Positions 1 through 11,000 of a stretch of DNA of 64,000 nt are shown here, in pieces; positions within the stretch are counted from its first letter, which is position 1; every line of letters begins with the position of its first letter. The notes under the pieces are model-generated. The model had not been told where the DNA came from and did no database searches. It saw only the letters and a list, made by a program, of their open reading frames with translations. The position numbers were made by a program, and so were the translations under genes. The stretch is from contig JAHDYR010000032.1 in the NCBI GenBank assembly GCA_019828565.1, forward strand, positions 1 to 64,000, written 5' to 3'. This stretch comes from Carpediemonas membranifera BICM (taxonomy: Eukaryota; Protista; Fornicata).

Positions 1-776
1 CCTCGGCTGGGTGATCAGAGACGGCACCTACGACATTTCACCGGAGCGTGCCCAAGACGTTAGCGACCTGGTCCTTCCCAAATCCGTCAGGGGATGCAGG
101 GACTAGTCGGATTCCTCAATTATTTCAGGGACTTCGTGAACGACTTTGCCGTGATCGCCAAGCCGCTGACTGACGCAATGGCAGGCAAGATCCAGATCGG
201 CGGCGCACAACAGCAAGACGCGCTCGATCGCCTCAAGAAGGCACTCACCTCCAAGCATACCCTACAGCTGTTCGACGCAACCAAGGAGCATACTGTCATG
301 ACAGACGCATCCGGACTCGGATACGGCGCAGTGCTTTTGCAAGAAGGCAAGCCCGTGTGCTACATGAGTAAGGCGTTCAATGACGTGCAGTCGCGCTGGG
401 CCACGAACGAGAAGGAGGCTTATGCCATCGTCGCAGCCCTGCAGAAGTGGCGGAAGTTCCTGTCGTGGGGAAAGTTCACCCTGCTGACAGATCACCGCAA
501 TCTACTATTCATGTATCGCAGCGTCAACTCGAAGGTGAAGCGCTGGGCCGACGCGATAGCGGACCTGGATTTCGACATTCAACACATCCCGGGTCTAGAT
601 AACGGCGCAGCCGATGGCCTATCGAGAGTGTTCACAGTGAGACAAACAGCGTCGACGACCGATATTAAGACGGCGCATGAGACCGCTGGGGCACATCTAT
701 CGAGGAGGATGACCATAGAGCGACTGAGAGCCGACAATATGTCTGTATCACGTGCCGCAGTCGACGAGTGCCACGG
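1..776 (+). mobile_element. Ty3/gypsy pol fragment (RT C-terminus, RNase H, start of integrase Zn-binding domain), truncated at ~776
   Basis: ORF 94..786 has TDASG..YGAVL, EKEAYA, TDHRNL and NGAADGLSR RNase H motifs, then H..H..C. An upstream frame LGWVI..ISPER joins via an indel in the G run near 89-93. The sequence breaks off at VDECH. Confidence 0.9.
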
Positions 777-1267
777 TCTCTCGTGATGTGGTGGTGGACC
801 TCCTCAAGCGCGTGGTGATGGCAGGCCGACACCCAGCCATGTTCTCGCTGCTTATGGCGGCTGAGAACCGCGGTGCCTCGCGCCTGACCGCCACCCGCTC
901 CCGCGACTTCGTTCGGGCCTATTGGACCTGTGTCCGGCTTGAGCATCTCCCGGCTATGGAGCTTGCCATGAACAAGGAGCTGTTCACGCTCCAGCTCACG
1001 GACACGTCCGCCGCGTACGGTGTGGTGGAGGTCAAAGAGCACATCGAGCTCTACGAGAACGCCCGCCAGGAGGAGTCGTTCATCCTGCTCGTCCAGTTTT
1101 CGGGCTATCCGCTGCCGTCACTGACCTTCCTGACCCAGGATCTTTGCCGCACCATGCCTGTCACTCGTTATCTCAACGAGCATAACTTATGGCGTCGTGT
1201 TCGTCGGCGCTGGGAGCATGACGGCATCTTCTTTGAGCTTGGTGACAGCCTTGGTGCCATTGAATAA
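752..1267 (+). CDS. C-terminal half of the family A antisense accessory protein, with a chromo/chromoshadow-like C-terminus (5'-truncated at ~776)
   Basis: Aligns by eye with 37132..38253 (RVVMAG/RAVMLG, DFVRAYW/EFARQYF, TSAAYGV/TSAAFTV, VTRYLNEH/VAQFLTEH). Convergent with pol, 30 nt from the pol stop. Confidence 0.75.
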   Translation: MPQSTSATVSRDVVVDLLKRVVMAGRHPAMFSLLMAAENRGASRLTATRSRDFVRAYWTCVRLEHLPAMELAMNKELFTLQLTDTSAAYGVVEVKEHIELYENARQEESFILLVQFSGYPLPSLTFLTQDLCRTMPVTRYLNEHNLWRRVRRRWEHDGIFFELGDSLGAIE

Positions 1268-1297
1268 AATCAGATTGTGACTCTCTCTGGGCGCCAT

Positions 1298-4200
1298 TTA
1301 CTTGGCCCTTCCCAGGAATACATCCAGTGCTTCACAACCCTTGACATTCCCATATGGTTCCCATGTGTCCTCTGACGGCTCATATCCCAGCCATCTAACC
1401 CGGAACTTCCTGTCTCTCATCCTGGCCTCACTCGTCGACTCTAGTATGGACTCGACCAGATATTCACCGAGCGTGACTGCCGCGAGTTCCTGAGCCCGTT
1501 GCTCGGACAACTCACCCATAAAGGCGCGAACTCTCTCCGAGGCGACTTGGAACTCCTTCTTTGTGTTGACATCCTTGACGACATAGCCCACCGTGAGGTT
1601 CTGCCTCACGATAGGACGCACTAGCTTCATAGGCCCTCGCCATCCTGACGCCAACTTGGACGGCGGTCCATTCGGGTACTTGACCAACACATAGTCGGAC
1701 GAGATAGGTGTCGTTGCTGACACTTTGTCTAGCGCATCTTGGTGCATGACCTTGATTCTCGCCTCTGCCAAGTCTCGGGCTAACTGAGCTGCTTGAACAT
1801 TACTGCTGGGCTGTCCAGCCATACTCTGGACGTCTGCCATCATCACGTCTGCCGGGACACGGAAATCGCTACCGAAGATGACCTCGGCCGGTGTTAAGCG
1901 TGTCGCGGTGTGGGGAGACGCGTTGACGATATACTGCGCGACAGGGAGGGAGTCTGACCACAACTCGCTCCGAAGCTGGTATTGCCTGTTGCGTAAAATG
2001 CGCTCAATGCGGCTGTTCGCCCGTTCCACAATGCCGTTTGACTGTGGATGGTACGGGGTGGTGACGTGAGTAGCAAACCCTACGCGCACCGATAGATCTG
2101 TGAATAGCTTGTTGACGAACTGCTTGCCACCGTCTGTCTGTAGAACTCTGGGCACGCCGTACCGGAGAATCCATCCGTTGACGAAGGCAGTCACAGCTTC
2201 GTCCGCCCTTGTGGACTTGAGTGGGACGAGCTCGGTCCACCGCGAGGCCATATCAATAATAACTAAGATGAACTTGTACCCGCGAGACTCTGGCAGGGGG
2301 CCAATAGTATCCATGGCTACCCGCTGGAACGGTCGCAGGCTCGCCGTGTGGAGGTACGGTCTGGACGCCTCGGCCGGCTTGGCGGTAAGTTGGCACACGG
2401 GGCAACGATCCATGACCCGCGCTACCCTATCCACTGGAGCCCGGAGCCCGTTAGATCTCAGCCACTCTACCGTCGTATAAACCGGGAGGTGGGCCTGGCC
2501 GTGCATATGAGCTGCCTGGATCTCGTCATCGGTAGCTGTTGCCTGTCTGGCAGTTGCGGAGAAGACTCGACTCAGCCCGTCCGCCGCTCCGTTGTCAACC
2601 CCGGCCACATGCTTCACTGTGAAGTCTAGGTCTGCGATTGACTCGTACCAACGCTGGACTTTTTGCGTTAGACGATCGTGACATGTAGACCAGGTTCCGG
2701 TGGTCAGTGAGGAGAGTAAACGACGTCCAGCACAGGAAACGGCGCCACCTCTGGAGGGCGGTGACAATCGCATACGCTTCCTGTTCGATCGTGCTCCAAC
2801 GCGTCTGCACATCTGAGAACGCGTGGGACATATAACACACCGGCTTGCCGTCCTGGAGGAGAACACCCCCGATCCCGAGATCAGACGCGTCTGTCATGAC
2901 CACATGATCCTTCGAAACGTCAAAGTGCTCGAGTGCCGGTGCGTGGCAGAGGCGGTCCTTAACCTTGGCCAGCGCCTCTGCCTGAGGTAATCCGTCCGGA
3001 GCCTCCTTGCCGCTTGCCGCCCGGGCTAACGGTCGGATAAGCTCGGAGAAGTTAGGAACAAAGTCTCTCATAAAGTTGAGGAATCCCATAAGGGCCTGCG
3101 TGGCCTTCTTCGTCTTCGGTAGCCGCAGGCCTTCTACATCGCGGATCCTGTCTGGAGCAATCCGGAAACCCGAGCCGGACACAACCCATCCTAGGAACTC
3201 CACTTCGGCTAGGCCGAAATGCGACTTCTCCTTGTTCAACGATAGCTTGAGCTCGTCACATCGGCGGAGCACCTTAGCGAGGTTGGCCAGATATTCCTGC
3301 TCCGAGCGTCCAAAGATGATAATGTCATCTATATATATAATGCAGGCGTCGCCTAAGAGGTCCTGGAACCCGCGCTCAATCGCGTACTGAAAGTGCGCGC
3401 CAGCGTTCTTCAGGCCGAACGGCATTCCGGTGTATTGGAACTTCCCACGGGGGGTCATAAACGCCGTGTATTGCCTAGAACGCTCGGTCAGCTCGACCTG
3501 GTGATACCCTTTCGAGAGGTCGAGAGTGGCGAAGACCTTGGCACCAGCAAGCCTGGTCAAGCACGTGTTAACCTCGGGGATCGGATAGTCGAATGGCGTG
3601 GTCAAATCATTGATTCTGCGGAAGTCTACGACCATCCTGGTCTTGTCCTTGCCCTTGGGGACGAGCAATGCTGGAGAAGAGTATGGCGAGAAGCTGGCCT
3701 CGATGTATTTCTTCGACAGTAGTTCGTTGACGTGCTCGTCGAACAGGCCCTGCTTCTGGTACGGTATGTAATTGGATCTCGTGGCGACGACGCGGTCCTC
3801 CTTGAGTACGAGGTCGTATGGCTCTAATGCTGAGAACCCTTCTCGAGCATCAAAGCAATGAGCATAAGCTGCGAGGATGCGGTCATGAGTGAGAGTGTAG
3901 TCCGAAGACAGAGTATACGCCTGGAGCGGCTCAGGCTCTGGCACGAAAGGCTCCAAGGCGTCTTCATTGTCAGACTGAGACGGTTCACACAAGCTGGGGA
4001 GAATACCCCACTCGACCATGGTCTGATATGACAAGAGGAGATCATAAGCACAGTCAACCCCATACGCGGAGACTGTGGTGGATAGACCTTTCGGGGTGAA
4101 AGGTGACTTACACATCTTCAACGGCACCTCATAACACGTATCAGTCTCGATCGTTCCACCCGGAGTCTTGATCTTAATGGGTGCAGCGAGCTTCGTCGGA

Positions 4201-5262
4201 ATGAGCTCGGCCGCTCTGGCGGAAGCCGGGTTGACAAGAGAAATGTCAGCACCACAGTCGAATAAGACACGGTGCCATGTGGTAGATTCGTCGCTACCCA
4301 TAGGGACGACGGCACTCACGACGGGTAGGGAGCGCTGGCCTTCAGCCGCCGACGTAGAAACAGAGACAGAGAAGCATTATCTGGGGGTTTACCTGACAGA
4401 ACTTGTCTAGGTGCCCCGACTTGCCGCACTTCGCGCACACGGCCTTCTCTCTGGTGCATTCGAAAGCGCGGTGGTTCGGCCTGCCGCAGTTAAAGCATAC
4501 GATGTCTCGCTGGTGACCGTGGTGTTGCGTCTGCTGCTGACGCTGACCGTGACGTTGGCCTTGCTGGTGGAAGTGCGTCTGATACTGGCGGGGCTGGTGT
4601 TGCTGCCGCTTGTCTTGGCGCGGCTGATCCTGAGGCTCGCGCTGCTCACGCGGGGGGCGTTTGCGGACAGCGGACTGCTTAGAGCGTTCGCGCTCTTGAG
4701 CAGGGGCAGGCTTGGACGTTGAAGTGAGCTTGATTGCTTCCTCCAGACGCTTACATGTCAGGAGGGCGGTCGAAAAGGTCGCGTCAAGTGACAGACCCTT
4801 GGAGGCGTGAGAAACCTCCTCTCTGAGCGTTTCGTCTTGGATTCCGCGCAAAAACTGGCCGCGAAGGACTGAATCCTTGCCCGTGGGTGCAATGAGACGG
4901 CGGCGGGAAGCGAAGCGGTCGATATAGAGAGATAGGCGGCCAATATCGATACCAGTGGTCGATAGGTCGAAAAGGCGGCGCTCAAGGATCGCATCGGAGG
5001 GCTTAACAATGTCCACAATCGCCTGGAATACGATGTCCTCGCGTTCGTGCTTCGTTCTTTTGGAGCCATCATCGTGATGTTTTGCGGCCTGATACTTTCT
5101 GGTAATATCAGTACCCATCGCCTTGCAGTATGAGGTCACCGCGGGTCCGAGTCGCTTAAGCAAGCGCCTCTTTCCGCCCGCGCGAACATGCTTATCCAAT
5201 TTCTCGGCAAATGAGAGGACTGCGTGAATCTCAGGCTGTGTACATAAAGGTCCCTTATCCAT
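1298..5262 (-). CDS. Family A Gag-Pol polyprotein (two CCHC knuckles, protease LFDCGA, RT YIDD, RNase H, integrase, chromodomain); two apparent 1-nt indels near 4378 and 2662
   Basis: ORFs 4342..5325, 2595..4319 and 1298..2866 are colinear with family B, where both junctions are in frame. Likely start is the ATG at 5262 (MDKGPLCTQ). Confidence 0.92.
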
Positions 5263-5282
5263 TAGTTTGGAAGTAAGCTTAC

Positions 5283-5390
5283 TGTGATCACTAAGGAAAA
5301 AGACTTTACAAAGAGAGCTCGACACAAGGGTGTCGAGCTGGACGGATCAAGACCGTATCAAATACGTATCTCATATATAAATGGCTGACA
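5283..5390 (-). repeat. 5' LTR of family A (~108 bp, TG...CA)
   Basis: Similar to the B LTR; contains the AGCTCGACAC-N4-GTGTCGAGCT hairpin; abuts the palindrome 5272-5283. Confidence 0.8.
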
Positions 5391-5465
5391 GGCCCCCTCG
5401 CCGGCAGAAGATTAACACTCATCAATATCATTGTCCCTTCGTCAAGTGATGCTTCAAGGAAGCAT

Positions 5466-5590
5466 GGAGGGGCGGTGTAGTGGGTCTTACCCAATACTTA
5501 CATAGTTTATGACTTATAGATTACACCATATTTGCAACCATTGGGTTTTCTCTTTATTAAAAGTTCTTTCCCTCCTCCAGTAGGAGCACA
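5466..5590 (+). repeat. Polypurine tract plus putative 3' LTR remnant of another gypsy element
   Basis: GGAGGGGCGG is followed directly by TGTAG...GCACA (5476-5590), and it interrupts a protease fragment. No partner LTR in the window. Confidence 0.45.
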
Positions 5591-5660
5591 CGACACGAAG
5601 TTCGCCGTGGCGCCGGTGTCTACCAGTGCGCGGTTGGTTGACACCTCATGACCGCGAGGG
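5591..5660 (-). pseudogene. Gypsy aspartic protease fragment
   Basis: Minus strand translates RALVDTGATANFVS, compare family C RALFDTGATANFIS. Confidence 0.7.
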
Positions 5661-5661
5661 A

Positions 5662-5751
5662 TCATACGTATATTTATACAGTCAAGGAGTTTCTACTCGA
5701 CACACTTGTGTCGAGTCTTCTTCTTTATAAACTGTTCTCTTAAGCCATACA
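5662..5751 (+). repeat. Partial LTR related to families A/B
   Basis: ACTCGACAC-ACTT-GTGTCGAGT hairpin followed by TTCTTTATAAACTGTTCTC...ACA, matching the sense-strand A/B LTR 3' half. Confidence 0.65.
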
Positions 5752-5831
5752 GGCCACAAGGTGAGAATCGTCGGACGGGACATATTCAGCATCGCTGTTC
5801 TCGTCGGTTTCGTCCACAAGCCAAGCTTGCA

Positions 5832-7359
5832 TTAATTCGAGCTCGTCGCTCGTGACGAACTAATCGTCGTCGTCGCTTTCCTGTAGAAGAAGGCGTCTGC
5901 GGCACGTCGGATGATAGGCGTGTGTTCTCGTGCTCTCCGGAGTCCTCTCCGGGATAGGTGATACTGTTCCGTTGGCGTAGTGACGAGAGTAGGCAGTAGG
6001 TTCGCCGTTTTCGTTTTTGATGACGATGTAGTCCATTCTTTCTCATCGATCTGATCATACTCAGCCTCAGTTAGCATCTTCTCCAGACAGAAGGGGTAGA
6101 GAGCCATGGGTTTGCGTTCACGCCAGTACTGCTCACCATACTCGATGGAGAGGTACTCGAACTTGGCAATCTCGCGGTCCGCCAAGTAGAGGATGACAGG
6201 AAGTAGCTTCGTCTTGTCCTCCACCTTCACATGAACGTATGCCGTCGCCGGAACCACGTTATAAAAGGCGGAACCATCGTTGATTTTGTGACAGCCGACC
6301 GGGAGGCCGGCCGAGTCAACGGCAAACTTGCTAGGCCTCTTGAGTCTCGTCAAGTAGGTGGTGGGTGCACCTGGCTCAGGTGTGCCTCGCTAATGCGGAG
6401 AATGCTTTTACAGGGAAAGAAGAAGAGAAAACCCTTGTGCCAATAAATGGCTTAAACTGTATAAATGATTTGTGTGGTCTATGACCACCACACAGGCTCG
6501 GGGATCACCTTGCCGCAGTATATGCCGATGACCGTGTTGTGGGGGATGTTCTCCTGCGTAATGACGCCATCGCCAACCTCCGGGCCCATGAGTGCATGTT
6601 GTGGCACGATAGCGAGATCGAGCTCGCTATTAAAGCCATTCTCGTCCACAGTGACGGAGAACGAAGTGCCTTGGGCGGATGCCTGCTGCATCACAGGCCG
6701 CAACAAATGACTCAAAGTCATCAGTTGTCCCGCTGTAGGCGCCAATTGATAATGCCGGCGGGCGGATGGTCGCACTGCACGAAAACGCGATCTTACCCCA
6801 ATGCAGGAACTGCAGGTGACGTTCCATGATGCTCGATGTTCGCGCAACAGCCGAAACCTCACCACGGGAGGAAGATATAGTTCTCATGATGCTGTCCGCA
6901 CCTGAGCACCGCACAATTCCGTCCATCCATAGCTCTCATGCAGAGCAACTGTTTTTTCGGCGTAAATCTTTGCTGCGTTCTCAGTCGTTAGCCAGTACGT
7001 CACAAATGCTTCCACGCAAGAATCCTCAAGCCTGGTTATCTCGAGTACACGTGGCGAAGTAAATCATGCGCGCAAGGTCCCGTAGCATCTTTGCATGCGT
7101 GAGGAGCATGGGTGCTATGTCAACGTACGCGCTCAGTCGCATCGAAATCTTCGTCGGTCGTCGGCATCGCGAGTAAGACACTCTGGAGGTTGAAATGGAT
7201 TGAGTTGCTAGCGGAGCTGGACAACTCATTTGTACGACTGCGGTAGTGCGCATATCCGGCTTTGGAACCAGCCCAGTCCTTCATTACGGCAGTTCTGAAT
7301 TGGCTGTTGAGGAACTTGGTATATCTTTCTAACAGACCTGTTTCAATGGATTCATTCAA
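5832..7359 (-). pseudogene. SET-domain protein gene, frameshifted or degraded 5' part, with a probable intron at 6390-6493
   Basis: GDGVITQENIPHNTVIGIYCGKVI (SET N-terminal part) joins in frame via GT..AG to AVDS..HKINDG..YNV..ILYLADREIAKFEYLSIEYGEQYW (SET C-terminal motifs). Upstream ORFs are fragmented. Confidence 0.65.
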
Positions 7360-8084
7360 AGCCAGTGCTCATACCTAACCGTGAAAGCAGTAGAATGGCT
7401 GACGATTGCGTTAGCCCTCTTGGCCACACTTGTCGGTGCGAGAGTAATACATGCCTTCTTGACCTTGTCGCTCGGCAGTCTCATATCCTCGCCTTAGCAG
7501 CAATGACACGTCAAACAACCAAGCGCTGCACGTCTTTGAGCAGTGCGAGGATGGTGTCGATCGACATTGACGACGGATCACCCGCACCAACGTGCGAAAA
7601 TTGTCGTCTGAATGTCGACTGCCACAGGGCCCGAAAACGACGTCAGAAGGCTGTTCTTCAACACCCAGCTGAGATCGGCGTGCTTGGTGAGCACGACCTC
7701 ACGCGGCGTCTAGCACGTGCGAACCGACGTGCGAACCCTGGCCTGCGGAGCCAGGTGCGAACTCAATAAACACAACGACACGACAACATGAATATTCCTT
7801 TAGTTCGACGAAACGGGAACAGGCGGACCGTGGGTTGAAGTGGTCAACTTGCGCGTATGGCGCGCGTGGACGTTAGTGCACCTGAGAACATACCTCGTGC
7901 CCGTCGGGATTCTGACCATCTTGATGCGGCGATCCAGGGCAGACGCGTATAAGGGGAATGAACATCCCACACTCACGCTGCACGCACGCAGCGCACTGTC
8001 AGTAAACGCACCATATGCATATACTATCCATATTCAGAGCTCGGCCGGAGTCGCCTGCTCTGTCGCATCCAGACGAGGGTCGAG

Positions 8085-11000
8085 TGTCGTAGACTCCTTA
8101 TCATTTAATCAGTTGATGATTACGACACCATTGTGTCGAGATTAAAATGTTTCCCACCGACAACGTCATAGTGATCACTCGTAATGGTTCAGTTGGAAAT
8201 CGATTATAATTTCCCGCGTATGTCGGCCAAGGAGCTCGATCCTCGCGGTGTTAAGAAATTCAAAGCCGAGGTTCGCGTGTTTCGCGCTCGGATCCCCGAC
8301 TATGCTACCGGGCTCCTGCTTAGCGAGGAGTTACAGGAAGAATTAGAAGCAACCCTCGGTGTGAGCGCTGAGAGCGCCACCTCCAACCAAGTATATGAGT
8401 TCCTCGAATCCGAGGCCACACCCCGTTCCCTGCTCGAACTTAAACGCCAGCTGCGTGCTGTGCTGTGCCCGAAGCTAGGTACCGAGGGTTACCCCTCGAA
8501 TCTCTCTGTCGTCCGCCAGCTGGGCGCCGATTTCGTGGAACTCGCAGATTACGCCCTTCGTTCCGCCGCGAAGGAGGGCAGCGAGAGCCTAGCAGCGCTC
8601 TTTGGCAAGGAGAAGCGAAAGATGGCCCGCCTGCTTGAAGACGGCACTGCCGAGGTGGTGGAGGAGGAGGCACTCCTCACTGCCGCCGACGTCGCAGCGA
8701 AGCGAGCAGCCGCCTTCGACAAGACGGCAAGGAAGATCTTTCTGGAGAAGATCAAGCCGAAGTCGCTCTACGAAAGGATCGAGCTCGAGAGCCAGTTCGT
8801 CAAGCCGTCCTCCCTCAAGGACCTCATCAACATCGCACGCACCGTCGCCAAGCTCGAGGATGCGTCTAACTCCACGACCACGACCGCCTCCAGCACCTCT
8901 GCAGGCGCCTCGCAGGCCAACGACCACCGGGAGCACCGTCAGGCGCCTCCCCAGGCTGCTAAGACCACCACTGCCGCCCAGTCCTCGCGTAAGCAGCGTA
9001 CAAGACCGTGCCGCCTTTGCGGAGGCGAGCACTGGGACTCAGATTGCCCTAAGCTCGGGGGCCGGACCCGCGAGAGCGGCCAGCTCCGCCCTAACCCCCC
9101 GAAGAAGACGCCCTTCGAGGCGCACGCGGCAGAGGAGGGTGATGCTGAAGCTCTCCACACGGAGGCTGTCATAAATCACTCCTCCTATTCTGCTACGGTT
9201 GACACGGGAGCCGGGGTCTCATTCATTAGCAGCCGACTGCTTCACACTCTGAGAGAGCGTGACAACTCCATCAAGCCGAAGAAGTGCCAACCGTTTATCG
9301 TCTCGCTGGCGGGAGGTAGCACCGTCAAGGGTAATGAGATGGTTGAGCTCCGCGTCGAGCTCCCACACCTGACCACGAGACCCATAGTCAAGAACATCAG
9401 CTTCAGAGTACTCCCAGGTCCTGTGGAGAAGCTCCTATTGGGCGTAGATCAGCTGAGAGCCCTCGGGTTCATCAGCGACAGAGGAATCTTCCTCCCTTTC
9501 CCGTCGCCAGAAGGCCCGGAGAAGGAAGATGACATCCTCCCTTACAACCACAGCTACTTATCGGCGGAACACGCTGATAATAGGAGCATCAAGACCGAAA
9601 TCGATAAGATCGAGTTCGGCGAGAACGAAACCGGCGCAGCAGCACGAGAGATCTGCGCTGCATACGAAGAAGTGTTCGAGGAAGAGCTCCCTACAGAAGG
9701 TAGCAAGCTTGAACCGATGTCTATTGATTTCATTTCCGACGACTGGGTGAATGAGTTCAACCAAAAACCGAGACACCTCTCGGAGGAAAAGCGAGAGAAG
9801 GTGCGCCAGGAGGTCACGCAGATGCACCTCCAGCACATTATCCGCCACAGTCACGGGCCATATGCCTCGCCCGTAGTGGTGGTTTCGAACGGGCACAAGG
9901 GGTCGACCAAGATTCGCCTATGTGTAGACTACACCGTCATCAACCGTCACACGAAGCGGGATAGGTACCCGCTACCTGACATCAGGGCGTACCTGCGGGA
10001 AGCCGCAGGCGCAGAGTACTACGCCAGTCTCGACCTGAGACAAGGTTACTATCAAGTCAAGGTTAAGGAGGAGGACATTCCCAAGACCGCCTTTATCACC
10101 CCGGATGCGTACGAGGAGTTCGAGAGACTCCCGTTTGGCCTCTGCAACGCCCCATCACACTTTCAGAGATGTATGGAGAAGGCCTTCGCGAAGGAGCTAC
10201 ACCACGGCGTGGCTATCTACATCGACGATGTCATGATATATGGCCGCACGAAGGAGGAGTTCCTAGAACGGCTGCATAACGTCCTTGATATCTGCAAGGA
10301 ACAACGCCTCCGGCTCAAAGCGCCGAAATGCAAGATTGGCGTGGAGGAGGTGGAGATGCTAGGCTTCATCTGTAATACAGAGGGCCTAAAGCTAAGCAAG
10401 GAACGCGTGGAGGGAATCCATGCCCTGAAAACGCCAACGACGAAGAAAGGACTTCTTTCAATGTGTGGTTCGCTGAACTACGTAGCGAAATTTGTTCCTG
10501 ACGCTAGTAGAGTACTATCTCCCATCAATGACTTGCGGTCGGCCACCGATGGCGCCGATTTCATTTGGTCATCGATTCATGATGAGGCACTTGACGAGTT
10601 CAAGAGACGCCTCGAGAAGTACCTAGTACTGGTCCATCCGGACCTCAACAAGAAGTGGGTGCTCCAGACGGACGCCTCAGATATAGGATTCGGTGGCATC
10701 CTCACTCAGGAGGGGGACGACGGACGCCAAGAGATAGTCTCGTTCTTCTCGGGATCCTTCAACAAGACTCAGACAAGGTGGAGTACCTACGAACAGGAGC
10801 TGTTCGCAATCATACACTGCCTGACCAGACCAGATCTTGGCCAGCTCTTCAGGATTCACCCAAATCTGACAATTCAGACTGATCACAAGAACCTTGTGTA
10901 TCTTGATCAGAAGAAGCTTAAGAACGATAAGATCCTCCGTTGGTCGCTGTTACTATCGGATTATCAGTATACAATCGAACATATCGCCGGTCTTGATAAC

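Larger units (their letters stand above)
777..5390 (-). mobile_element. Chromovirus-type Ty3/gypsy LTR retrotransposon, family A; 3' LTR and 5' part of the antisense gene deleted
   Basis: gag-PR-RT-RH-IN-chromodomain on the minus strand; 5' LTR 5283-5390 is homologous to the family B LTR; closely related to B at protein level. Confidence 0.93.
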
